From: Pecten maximus
Lineage: Eukaryota
Assembly (NCBI RefSeq): GCF_902652985.1
Contig: NC_047018.1
Coordinates: 31,930,001-31,994,000 of the forward strand
DNA: 64,000 nucleotides
Direction: 5' to 3'
Shown: positions 53,301-64,000 of the stretch, piece after piece
Layout: each line of letters begins with the position of its first letter
How positions within the stretch are numbered: position 1 is the first letter of the stretch
Program-made: the position numbers and the translations under genes
The notes under the pieces: generated by a model
The model's database searches: none
Told to the model about the DNA's origin: nothing
What the model saw: the letters and a program-made list of their open reading frames with translations, nothing else

Positions 53301-56300
53301 TAAACAGGAATACATGATGCATGACGTGACACAACAGTACATGTAAACACCTGTTTTAAACATCCGATTTAGTTTAAGTTGCGGCAATGTTATTTGATAA
53401 CTCAAAGTAAATTCAGAATTATCAAAAAGCAAACTTCTAGGGATTTCTTTTGCCCACTTGGCCATCTTTTGTTTTTTTAACTGATGTTGTAACCTTTTAA
53501 AACCACAGACGATTCACTTGAGAGGCCATTTTTGTTTTACAGGTGTTGCTGTGTTGTACACATAATTTATCATATATGATTCAAAATAATTTCATATCTA
53601 GACTGTTAATCAATGATGAGAGATTTCCCTTTTATAAGTATTAATTAGCATCTTAATGTACATATTTCAGTGAAATCCATTTATCATTGCCCATAAGGCA
53701 ATACATGTTATATATGCAATAATAAGAAAATAACAGTATAAAAATTGTTTTATTTAAATGTTCCTTTAATATCATAACTTAAAAAAAAATTATTTCTCAA
53801 AAAGATAGAATGCCATATTGGTAAAATACAAAATACCTTCACAAATTGGTTATGTATAATGCATAAAATTACTGAATGTGCCCCCCCCCCCCCCCCTCAA
53901 ACTCATATCAGAAAATAACCCCACCCTCCTAAATGAAAATACATACCCTTGTATCAAAAAATTAACCTACCGTAACCCTCATTTCACAAAATACACCCTA
54001 CCCTCATACCAGAGGCTCATACCCTCATATCAAAAAATTAGCCATGAGGCTAATATATTGTATTATGTCAATGTTCAGAATTCAACTTGAGAAAAAAAAA
54101 CAAAACTTTTGATCTACAAAACTAATTTATCATTTCTGACACACCAATAAACTTCTATTACTATTATGAGTGATAATAATACATTAATTATACAAGTGAT
54201 AGATATCTTTAAAATCAAATTAGCTTTTCATGTAAACTCCCTGATCGCTGGCTTCTGTATTTGATTAGGTGTCTGCGTGACTAGTCAATAAGCATATTTT
54301 TATGTATGCCTCAGTAAACCAGAAAATAAGTAGCGTATACATTTCATGGTCACGTTTATAAAAGGATCCTATCTATTTAAGTTTATATAAGAGAAGGATT
54401 CTTAAAATTCAAATCATCTCATTCATGTGCTAGCTAGCAACTGGTGTTTTTTTCACTAGGTAATCTCATATATGTATATATATATATATATTTACCCACT
54501 AAATTCCCTGAAACACTCCTGTCATTCAAACATCCCACTTTACACAGTTCTGATAAGGTGAACCATGTAATATGGTAACGGAGCTGTGGGCTCCCTTTGA
54601 CCTGCCAACACAGGTAGTACATGCGGCAGAGAAATTGATATCCAATAACATTTATCAAAGATCACTTAGAAAATTGATAGACTGTATTGAATTGAACATT
54701 GTTGACTGAAAGCTAGGCCCATGTCATAACACAGTAGTGTTCTTCATTGTTAATCCACGAAATTGGATACCTATAGAAAAATCTGAATGAATTCACGTCA
54801 CATGAACATTTATCCATAATGTCAACATCCATCTCTGAGGGAAAGGACATGTTATACATGAAGTGATAAGTAAAGCTTACACAGCTTGGACAACACAGTC
54901 ACCCTGACACGAGAGTAAAGTGAAAAATCTTTTGTGAGAGACTCGTTAACAATTACCCTTATTGACATGTGACTTGTTATAGGATCATAATGTATACTTG
55001 CTAACATGGTATTAGAGGTTTTGTTGCATTAAGGCAGATTAATTTGTAGATTTGTCACACTCAGAAGTATAAATAGGGGACTAGTGTTCACCGGATCTTA
55101 CTTACGCCCAATGTCATAGCATTAATTACTGTCAGATATATGGTAATTTTTTATTATCACTACTCACTAGCAACAATTTCCTTTGAAAGACACTAATTCA
55201 CCTGTTCTCAAACTCTACCTACTAGTTCCGCACTCAATTAAAATGTTCAATTTTCACACAAATGTGGTATTTCTTTATCTATAAGCTAATGATTAAAGTA
55301 TAAATTTATCTCCTTATTACACTGAAATAAAAAAAAAATATTGTATCAACTGTTTAATAATTTGACTTTATGAAATTATTTTATTCCAAACATGAAGCAA
55401 GAAAATTCAACTATGTTATAAATTTCAGTTCACAAATGTGCTAATTACCACAGGTTAATATATCTTGTCTAATGTTTAAATCATAAATTAATATCAACAT
55501 TACACTGAATTAATAAGAATATTATATTCAACTTCTTAATTATCAATTATTTCAAAAAACTTCACTTCCATATGTACTGGCTCATACACTCCTATTACTG
55601 GGTTTTTTAAACAAACATCTACTGTAACAATTATCCTGGAGAGAGGGGGCTTGTCTAGCATACTATGAAAGGAAACCTTTTACTGAAATTATCTCTTAAT
55701 ATTAAAACAATGGCTAGTTGGCCACCCATGTAAACAATAGTATTGTAAAGCAAGAGCACTTTTTCTAACAACATGCATTTGATTTTGGATCTATTTAGTT
55801 ACACAACCCAAAATGACCTTAAACTTTGACCTTTAATTGTTTCTGAAAATCAATGGGTTCATTCCTCTCATGAAGAGAAATAATTATAAGTATTCCAAAT
55901 TTTACTCCATGGTATTGGATTACCAACTTTGTTGCATGACCCAAAGTTTATGGGACCCTTTCCTGAAGAAAAATAAATACTGGTATACCAAGTTTGATGA
56001 ATATTTACAACTTATTCTGTTAACCCAATGTAACCTTGACCTTTTTATCCCACCCTCTGAAAATTAATATGTCACTCTCTCATAAAGGGAGACAACTTAT
56101 GCCAAGTTTGATTATCCTTCATGGTATTTTTTTTCTTGTTGTAAATTGTATATAGTACTTATCTTATTCAACAATGAATTCCTTATCAAAGTTAATTTTG
56201 GCATATGATTAAAATGTCAATTTCAGAAATCCTTTTCATATTTAACATCTTATTTTTGAAAATTTTTCCTCAATATTTACATTTTTGTATATTGATAATA

Positions 56301-59300
56301 TTGTATTCCAAGAAAAATCTTATTAACAAAACAAAACAAAATATTGGAAGGAGGATCAGTGCACTTTTTGGATCCTTAATTTGGACATTAATGATCAGTT
56401 AAACCTCTTTATCAGTGTCTATATTATTATTCATCATTAAAAAAGTTGATCAATGGGAGATCTAATAATTTTGAGGCTTGTTTTTTTTAACATACTCAAT
56501 ATCCCCTATGGAAATACCAAGTATGTTATTGATATATATATATCCGTTGCATTTTCGATTGAAATCAATAAAGAACAACCTGTCCAAACTGTCAAAAATG
56601 TCTATACAAAAAAGTGCATTATAAATATACCAGGACTAGTCTCCAAGGGTTTTCTTTGTCAAGCACTCACTTGAGGTATCAATGGGTATCCACAATGGAC
56701 TCTTACATGTGGTGTGATCATTTTCATAGACTTGGCAAAGGGTAAAGCTCTAACATCGAAATAACACTGTCGCTGGACAAACATGAAAGCTTGTAACTTC
56801 AGAAGTTTTCAGCACATCTTACGACTCAAGTGACAAACATGGTATATTGAATCGGGATTGTGATCAACTCAAGGGTCACCAAGGCTCTACTGGAAACACA
56901 GATTATCTCCTTTATATCAAAATTGGAAAATATAAATCCATATTAAAAGTTAAAACCCTCCTCAATTCTCTGTCATGTACTTGTCAAATCTGTGGGAGAT
57001 AGTGGTGTGTTTTGTTTGGAGACATATTTCTCTGTGACAACCTATAGTAGCTGCAGACATTGGCTCAGTATGTGAAACTCTGCCTATGTACTATACCTAT
57101 AACTGATAAATATCACTACTGTCACCCTAACAGTTCATAAAAAATGGTGTATTAAGTGAGATTTTATCATCAAAAATCTTGGCACAATGAGGTGCTGTTA
57201 ATGACTTCTCATTTTCTTGGCTCATTATTTAGGGACTCTGATCTCAAAATTTCAAGTAAGATTTTGTTAAAAAAGAATTAATATGGTAGAGTTCTTCTTA
57301 TTCAAGTTTACCTACAGCTCAATAGAGATGAGAGGTTACTAATATGTATCGGAGGGTAATTACTAGCACTATGACTACCAAAACTATTTTCCTTTGTGAA
57401 ACAACTACTAAAATATCATTTTTTGAATGTGTGTCATTTGTCAATATATAGAATTGAAGATATAGATAAGAAAACAAAAGTGTTAAATCAAAGTGACTTA
57501 ACTACCATGTACAAGTCATGATATATATACAACCATGCATATGCATCATTTCAGCTTCAATCCCTTTCCACATACAATATGTCAAATTTGACATATGACG
57601 ACTGTGTTTCAATACTTGGTAACTGTGATGTTTTATGAGGTAGGCCTGGGTAACATAATTTATTCCGGCTATTTCAGTGGTAAAATGTTATAAATCATGA
57701 TAGTGATACCAATGAATTCACACTGTCCATTGTTGTTTACATTTCATGCCAATTTTATTTGACAAGAGGAAATTTACAACCTAGTACATTGCAGACATTT
57801 ATAAATTTTAAAACTCAACATGCAGTTCCAAATATCGAAAAGTGTCAATTTTAAACCTTTGGACCACATATTAATAGCTATAAAAAGTGTGATTTTATAG
57901 ATCTTGTTCGCTTTATGTTTTGTACACATCGTGTTCTGAGCCTATATAGCGTACTTTTGTATCACTTATAATTAGCTTTAAGTGGCAGTCCTGAGTGAAA
58001 ACAGATAAAATTATGTTTACATGGGGAATAATAAATACCTGCTTATAACACAAGCAATAAAGTGATTAACAGATTCTTTTTTCACTAGAGTCGCAAACAT
58101 TAAAAGTTATTACACCAGTGTTTCCTACCTATATATATACAAAGGTATATGTATAGGCCAACAGTAATGGAAAAAAATTATGTTGAAAAATTATAACTGA
58201 TAATAATATGTATTGTTTTTTTATACATCTATATGTGTTCTTTGTTGAAAACGCTGCCAATAATTTGCAACTGTTCCTCTTTAAATTTGAGATATATAAT
58301 ATGATAATGATATAGAGTAAAAATATCTAAGTTTAGTGGATTCATATCTTCACTTGCTTTCAATTTCAGTGTGCAATAGCTATAGTGTGGTCAGTGTGTG
58401 ATTGCTATAGTGTGGTCAGTGTGTGATTGCTATAGTGTGGTCAGTGAGCGATTGCTATAGAGTGATCAGTGTGTGATTGCTATAGTGTGGTCAGTGTGTG
58501 ATTGCTATAGTGTGGTCAGTGTGTGATTGCTATAGTGTGGCCAGTGTGTGATTGCTATAGTGTGGTCAGTGTGTGATTGCTATAGTGTGGTCAGCTTGTG
58601 ATTGCTGTGATGTGGTCAGTGTGTGATTGCTATAGTGTGGTCAGTGTGTGATTGCTATAGTGTGGTCAGTGTGTGATTGCTATAGTGTGGTCAGTGAGCG
58701 ATTGCTATAGAGTGATCAGTGTGTGATTGCTATAGTGTGGTCAGTGTGTGATTGCTATAGTGTGGTCAGTGTGTGATTGCTATAGTGTGGCCAGTGTGTG
58801 ATTGCTATAGTGTGGTCAGTGTGTGATTGCTATAGTGTGGTCAGCTTGTGATTGCTGTGATGTGGTCAGCGTGTGATTGCTATAGTGTGGTCAGTGTGTG
58901 ATTGCTGTGATGTGGTCAGCGTGTGATTGCTATAGTGTGGTCAGTGTGTGATTGCTATAGTGTGGTCAGCGTGTGATTGCTATAGTGTGGTCAGTGTGTG
59001 ATTGCTATAGTGTGGTCAGCGTGTGATTGCTATAGTGTGGTCAGTGTGTGATTGCTATAGTGTGGTCAGCGTGTGATTGCTATAGTGTGGCCAGCGTGTG
59101 ATTGCTATGATGTGGTCAGCGTGTGATTGCTATGATGTGGTCAGCGTGTGATTGCTATGATGTGGTCAGCGTGTGATTGCTATAGTGTGGCCAGCGTGTG
59201 ATTGCTATGATGTGGCCAGCGTGTGATTGCTATAGTGTGGTCAGTGTGTGATTGCTATAGTGTGGTCAGCGTGTGATTGCTATAGTGTGGTCAGTGTTTG

Positions 59301-62059
59301 ATTGCTATAGTGTGGTCAGTGAGCGATTGCTATAGTGTGGTCAGTGTGTGATTGCTATAGTGTGGTCAGTGTGTGATTGCTATAGTGTGGTCAGCTTGTG
59401 ATTGCTATAGTGTGGCCAGCGTGTGATTGCTATAGTGTGGTCAGTGTGTGATTGCTATAGTGTGGTCAGTGTGTGATTGCTATGATGTGGTCAGTGTGTG
59501 ATTGCTATAGTGTGGTCAGCGTGTGATTGCTATGATGTGGTCAGTGTGTGATTGCTATAGTGTGGTCAGTGTGTGATTGCTATAGTGTGGTCAGTGTGTG
59601 ATTGCTATAGTGTGGTCAGTGTGTGATTGCTATAGTGTGGTCAGTGTGTGATTGCTATAGTGTGGTCAGTGTGTGATTGCTATAGTGTGGTCAGTGTGTG
59701 ATTGCTATAGTGTGGTCAGTGTGTGATTGCTATAGTGTGGTCAGTGTGTGATTGCTATGATGTGGTCAGTGAGCAATTGCTATGATGTGGTCAGTGAGCG
59801 ATTGCTATAGTGTGGTCAGTGAGCGATTGCTATAGTGTGGTCAGTGAGCGATTGCTATAGTGTGGCCAGCGTGTGATTGCTATAGTGTGGTCAGTGTGTG
59901 ATTGCTATAGTGTGGTCAGTGTGTGATTGCTATGGTGTGGTCAGTGTGTGATTGCTATGGTGTGGTCAGCGTGTGATTGCTATAGTGTGGTCAGTGTGTG
60001 ATTGCTATAGTGTGGTCGGTGTGTGATTGCTATAGTGTGGTCAGCGTGTGATTGCTATAGTGTGGTCAGCGTGTGATTGCTATAGTGTGGTCAGCGTGTG
60101 ATTGCTATAGTGTGGTCAGCGTGTGATTGCTATAGTGTGGTCAGTGTGTGATTGCTATAGTGTGGTCAGTGTGTGATTGCTAAAGTGTGGTCAGTGTGTG
60201 ATTGCTATAGTGTGGTCAGCGTGTGATTGCTATAGTGTGGTCAGTGTGTGATTGCTATAGTGTGGTCAGTGTGTGATTGCTAGAGGTCCCAAGTGTGAGA
60301 TTGCTAAAAACTTGTCAGTGTGTGCTCTAACTTATGTCAATGTTTGATTGCTATAACTAATGTCAGTGTGTCATTGCTATAGTTTTGTGAATATTTATCT
60401 CAAGTTAAAATTGTTTGAGGTAAAAGGCCCATATGGCGATATGCTATAGATAAAACTGTATATATTAGATTTAAATGGTCCCCTTATGCAAGTTTATAGC
60501 TCATTAAAGCAAGAACTGCTCATAACAGCATGTATCAGAGTATAGAAATAGATCAGCAGATAACTGACATGGTCCCAGCTGATGGATGTATAGACAGAAT
60601 GAACAGCTCACCTCACCCTGCATTTGTGTATTCCATATGACAGATTTTTAATTTGTGTGAAATTGTACCTCCCATTTGGACTGACCAAGCCCCAGTTAAA
60701 TCAATCAATGTTCTTTAACTTAATCCATAGGAAAACATCGCAGCATTTAAGGAAAATATCCTAGCTTAGGAACCTTCCTTCAATTCTGTTATTTGTCCTA
60801 TGGAAAATTTTAAGTTAAGGAATTTATGTAAGTTACGAAACGTTGATGAAACTGAATCCTGACCTTATTATATATGAATTAATTTATATATGCAGGTTTG
60901 AGTTATGTCTTACCTGCAGATTTTTCTTCTTCAAGTCGGCTTTAAGATTCTGTGCGAGTCGGACATCTGCTGGATCATACACCAGATAGATGACATCGGG
61001 TTTAGCACGTAGAGCACGCGCGCGAAGATGCCAGTTGTCTTTCTGTTTGTGTTCCAAGTCCAGCGTGATGAGAATCTGCTGCATGATCTTTTTGCGAACA
61101 ACACGACTATCGATCCCAAGGTGTTGAATCATGTCATGGTCTGTCAATGACATTAGCAGAAATCCATCCACCATATTTTCAGCCAAACTTTGACGATAAA
61201 ATTCCTTTATTCCCAAATTGAAGAGCCACTCCTGTAGGTCACTAGCACTCCACTGACATATCTTCTTTTTTTTGTACTCCTCTGTGAATTCTGTGTCAGG
61301 TGGTGGCACAGGTGTAGGGGGAATATTCATGGAGGCATATTTTTCTAGTTCCTCCATAATACCCCCTATAACTACTGATGTTTTCTCTGCTAGACTCTTT
61401 TTCACATGGTCTTTACTTAAATCTACTGCATGTTTTATTAATAAGAAGTAATCTTTAGGAATTTCTGTGTTGTCTAAAGATGAGAAGATGATGGGAAAAA
61501 TGGCTACAGAGTGCGGGTCTTGTCGTCGTCTTTGTAAAAGTGTTTTACTTTCATACATTGACACAGGACATGAAAAGTAACTTGGGGAGAAAAATAGAAT
61601 TGAGGCACGACATTTTTCCACTGCCTCCATGCGCAAAGAGAACCACACAGGGCTGTCTGTGTTTTTTTCGTCCTTATCAAACCAAATATCCTCTGCAAGA
61701 TTGTTTTCCTTTAGCTGTCGCACTGTGTCCACCACAAATTTCCTCTCTACAAACCCAGCATCAGGGGAGTAAGAAATGAATATACCTCTCTTCATCTTTT
61801 TTGTTTTCTGAGGGGGTGCCACATGTGGTGCAAATTCATGGCTATGTGTAATGCCTCCTCCCTCAGCGGCTCGCTTGTTACTGTCCATGTGTTGTGTATT
61901 AGTGGAATCCTTCAGAGCTTGTTTTGACACAGCTTCTCTGGCTCTGTCAGGTTGAGAACGAACATTCGACACAGAATCAAACTGGTTGATATCTTCTGTC
62001 TTGTCTTTGATTTCCACCGTCACGGAATTTTCAATCACATCTGACTGTTCGGTATTCAT
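50394..62059 (-). CDS. TIR-SAM-TIR-TIR cytosolic protein, 690 aa
   Basis: Exons 62059-60914, 52435-52201, 51611-51438, 50911-50394 (GT-AG, phases 0/1/1, 2073 nt). TIR1: IFISYS...IWFD...ILFFSPSYFSCPVSMYE...IFPI. SAM: WSASDLQEWLFNLGI...VDGFLLMSLTDHDMIQHLGI...RKKI. TIR2: IYLVY...IVVLLTDASTTSPFVFHEVLFADWLGKKLV. TIR3: VFISYQWD...CWADI...CITPKYLQSDNCKKDLTLA...KPIIPVLL. Confidence 0.9.
51243..51369. repeat. Direct duplication of ~63 bp
   Basis: GTCATCAACAAAAGTACTGGCACACAGTCCCGTAATTACACAAGTATCTGTTTTATTACAGTCT occurs twice in tandem. Confidence 0.9.
51596..52005. repeat. 52-bp tandem repeat anchored on the exon-3 splice acceptor of the TIR gene
   Basis: Unit CAGAAGGGCATTTACCTGTAAACATCAACAACTAGTAATGTAACTTAACCGA, ~8 copies; the first copy overlaps the exon boundary at 51611. 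Confidence 0.9.
52428..52935. repeat. 74-bp tandem repeat anchored on the exon-2 splice acceptor of the TIR gene
   Basis: Unit CCTAGGATACAAGGTAGATAACTCATTGTACAATAGCTAGATTGTCAATCACAGTCAATAAAGGATATGTAGCG, 7 copies; the first overlaps the boundary at 52435. Confidence 0.9.
58368..60285. repeat. 25-bp satellite (~76 copies) in intron 1 of the TIR gene
   Basis: Unit GATTGCTATAGTGTGGTCAGTGTGT; highly homogeneous. Confidence 0.96.
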
Positions 62060-62399
62060 GATTTAGGATATGCGAAAACAATCGGCTTGTTATGTTGGCT
62101 TGTGTACTAGGACCTAGCCTTTGTCTTATAGAATACTACCTGGATCTGTTACCTGCATGCCTGCACCAGTCCTGAGACATGGTCGCTTACCGACTTCCAA
62201 GTACATCTCGGCAAGCTCTCATCATGACATCGCATTGTACATTACACCGTCAAGGAATTCATCATCTATGCCATCAGATTAATACGGTTTCATCAGATTA
62301 ATACGGTTTCATCAGATTAGATGCTTAAACTGGTCTTCTGCACTAATTAAACTCAAAGGAAGATCCCATTAGGCATTTCCGTCACCGATCACGTTTTTT

Positions 62400-62945
62400 T
62401 TCGAGCACATAGAAACCAAACAATCAGGTCGCTTGAGTTAAGAAAAAATTGGCTGATCTGTTATTCTCCAGCGTAATATTTGTCAGATAATTATAAAGAA
62501 ATCTTTTGTGATTAAATCACTTCAAATTGCTCGAGATGTTAATAACATCATATAATTATATTAATTCAGTTTCCATATGTCCAATAAGCCCGTAAATTTC
62601 TGATTTCAAATATAAACATATCGTGTATACGCTGTTCTATATACCTCCCCCGTTATCACATGGTTTTGGTGTGCAATAAACATTCTAACCGAGGTATGAC
62701 CGAGATCAGCGAGTCGTGTCATTTCCAGCCAATCACCAGTCCGAGAATTTACTGAGTTAATTATATTACAGGCTAAATGATACGTGAATTGTTTATATAT
62801 CTTTGTGTTAAATTGAGTGGTTGAACAGTTGTAAGCCCGATGTCAACAAAGCTAACCACGTGTTAGAAAACCGACCAAGCGTGGATAACCTCGTTTTGCA
62901 TGTCAACGTGTTCGATAATGATATTCAAGATGGAGGCGTCTTAAC
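62400..62945. promoter_or_regulatory. Candidate shared (bidirectional) promoter between the TIR gene and the HMBOX1-like gene
   Basis: Lies between divergent start codons 62059 (-) and 63627 (+). CCAAT boxes occur in both orientations (~62448, ~62581, ~62729), with a YY1-like CAAGATGG at ~62926. Confidence 0.35.
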
Positions 62946-63626
62946 TAGGTTTTGGAGGTTAGTATTTTTTTGCCGATAATTTAGATTAATTTTAATCAGC
63001 TGGATATACGTGGGATGAGGAGTATCCGGGTTGTTTTTAGACAGGAAACTAACTAAAAATCTGGATGCATAAGGTACAGTGGAAAGCTGGAGTGTCACAA
63101 ACAAACTCTCCAAGCTGAATGTTAACAATGGGCGCAGTGTGAGTGTATGATACAATTGTCGGTACGGCGAACTTATAGGCAAAAGCATAATAGATCTAGT
63201 GATGATAAAAAATGAGCAGATCTGGGGAATTAAGATATTGTAAACGAAAAACCATTGTATCTTCCATACATATATTGCATTTAATTAAACACTACTATTT
63301 CAGGAAAGCGTTTTTTTTTTTAAATATATACAATTATGATCAGAGTTTCAGAACCCATTTCATTTAAAAGATGCATTAAATGATAACCCATATAGTGGCC
63401 TTTAGATTTTAGATACAATGTGGTTGTTGTTCATGGATCTTTTATGTCTAAGTTAATTAACAATTTATTGTGAAAAAACACTTTTCTGTCCACAATTACC
63501 TGTGGTTTAAATTGAAGTTTCCAACATGTCGGCTTTCTCTTAATTCATTGCAATTGATTTCAGTAAGAAGTACAGCTGTGCCCATGAGCAGTGTGGCAGT
63601 CGTTCAGCCTGTGAAGTAAGGGGACA

Positions 63627-64000
63627 ATGTCCGGTCGTGTTGGGGGCGGCAGACAAATGTTCTCAATTGAGCAGATTGAGTTGATACGGCGTCTGAGAAA
63701 CAGTGGTATTACCAAGGAGGAGGTTGCTCAGGCCTTCGATTCATTTGACCGTTTAGACAATGAGTTAGGACTTCTTTATAGTGTCCCAGTGTCACTATCA
63801 ACCCAGCCAGCTGTCCGTAACCCTGTCCAGTCCTCCCATCCTCGTGCACTGGTGTCTGGTGTATCCAGGACAACCCACTCAGGCCAGGGAGATCATGCTT
63901 CATCAACACAGACAAATAATGTCCCTGCATCACAGCCACACAGTGTACCTGGGTACAGGCCCCAGCAATCTAATCATGTGTTCCCGGTGTCAATGACTAC
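63627..64000 (+). CDS. HMBOX1: Homeobox-containing protein 1-like (HNF1/HMBOX class), N-terminal part; frame open to the window end
   Basis: MSGRVGGGRQMFSIEQIELIRRLRNSGITKEEVAQAFDSFDRLDNELG matches the HMBOX1 N-terminal motif FTIEQIDLLQRLRRTGMTKxEIxxAxxxLDRLD. It is missing from the ORF track because there is no stop codon within the window. Confidence 0.82.
   Translation, partial: MSGRVGGGRQMFSIEQIELIRRLRNSGITKEEVAQAFDSFDRLDNELGLLYSVPVSLSTQPAVRNPVQSSHPRALVSGVSRTTHSGQGDHASSTQTNNVPASQPHSVPGYRPQQSNHVFPVSMT

Noticed and set aside
4094-60285. Tandem arrays (36, 44, 22, 25, 48 and 25 bp units) as CRISPR arrays
   Set aside because: Units are head-to-tail with no unique spacers, there are no cas genes, and the context is eukaryotic.
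60884-62059. TIR ORF as bacterial contamination or recent horizontal transfer
   Set aside because: It splices in frame to three further exons through canonical introns containing host-type repeats.
62272-62320. CTGATGA...GAAA on the - strand as a second hammerhead
   Set aside because: It arises from a 19-bp tandem repeat; stems I-III cannot be formed.
63709-63996. Listed ORFs 63709-63939 (-) and 63781-63996 (+)
   Set aside because: Alternative frames of the HMBOX1-like exon, whose true frame starts at 63627.

Overview
AT-rich, intron-containing animal genomic DNA. The repeat types and protein sequences suggest a mollusc, probably a bivalve, though this is inference. Five spliced genes were traced by hand using GT-AG junctions and reading-frame phase: DNAJC21 (- strand, 5' part, runs off the left edge); microcephalin MCPH1 (-, 12 coding exons, 1024 aa); a divergent MFS/SLC16-like transporter (-); a 690-aa TIR-SAM-TIR-TIR protein (-); and the start of an HMBOX1-like gene (+, runs off the right edge). 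The non-coding DNA holds several satellites, SINE and LINE fragments, a MITE, a ~5.8 kb foldback-like structure and two assembly gaps. Most notable observations: (1) an intact 381-bp miniature LTR retrotransposon whose LTRs each contain a full tRNA cloverleaf followed by a Pol III terminator; (2) the triple-TIR plus SAM protein, with two Glu-bearing TIRs and one Glu-to-Asp TIR; (3) an MCPH1 ending in its own BRCT-ligand motif (SPEF-COOH); (4) a minimal hammerhead ribozyme in a Penelope-like fragment; (5) tandem arrays that multiply splice acceptors inside the TIR gene. No database searches were run, so family names rest on recalled motifs.
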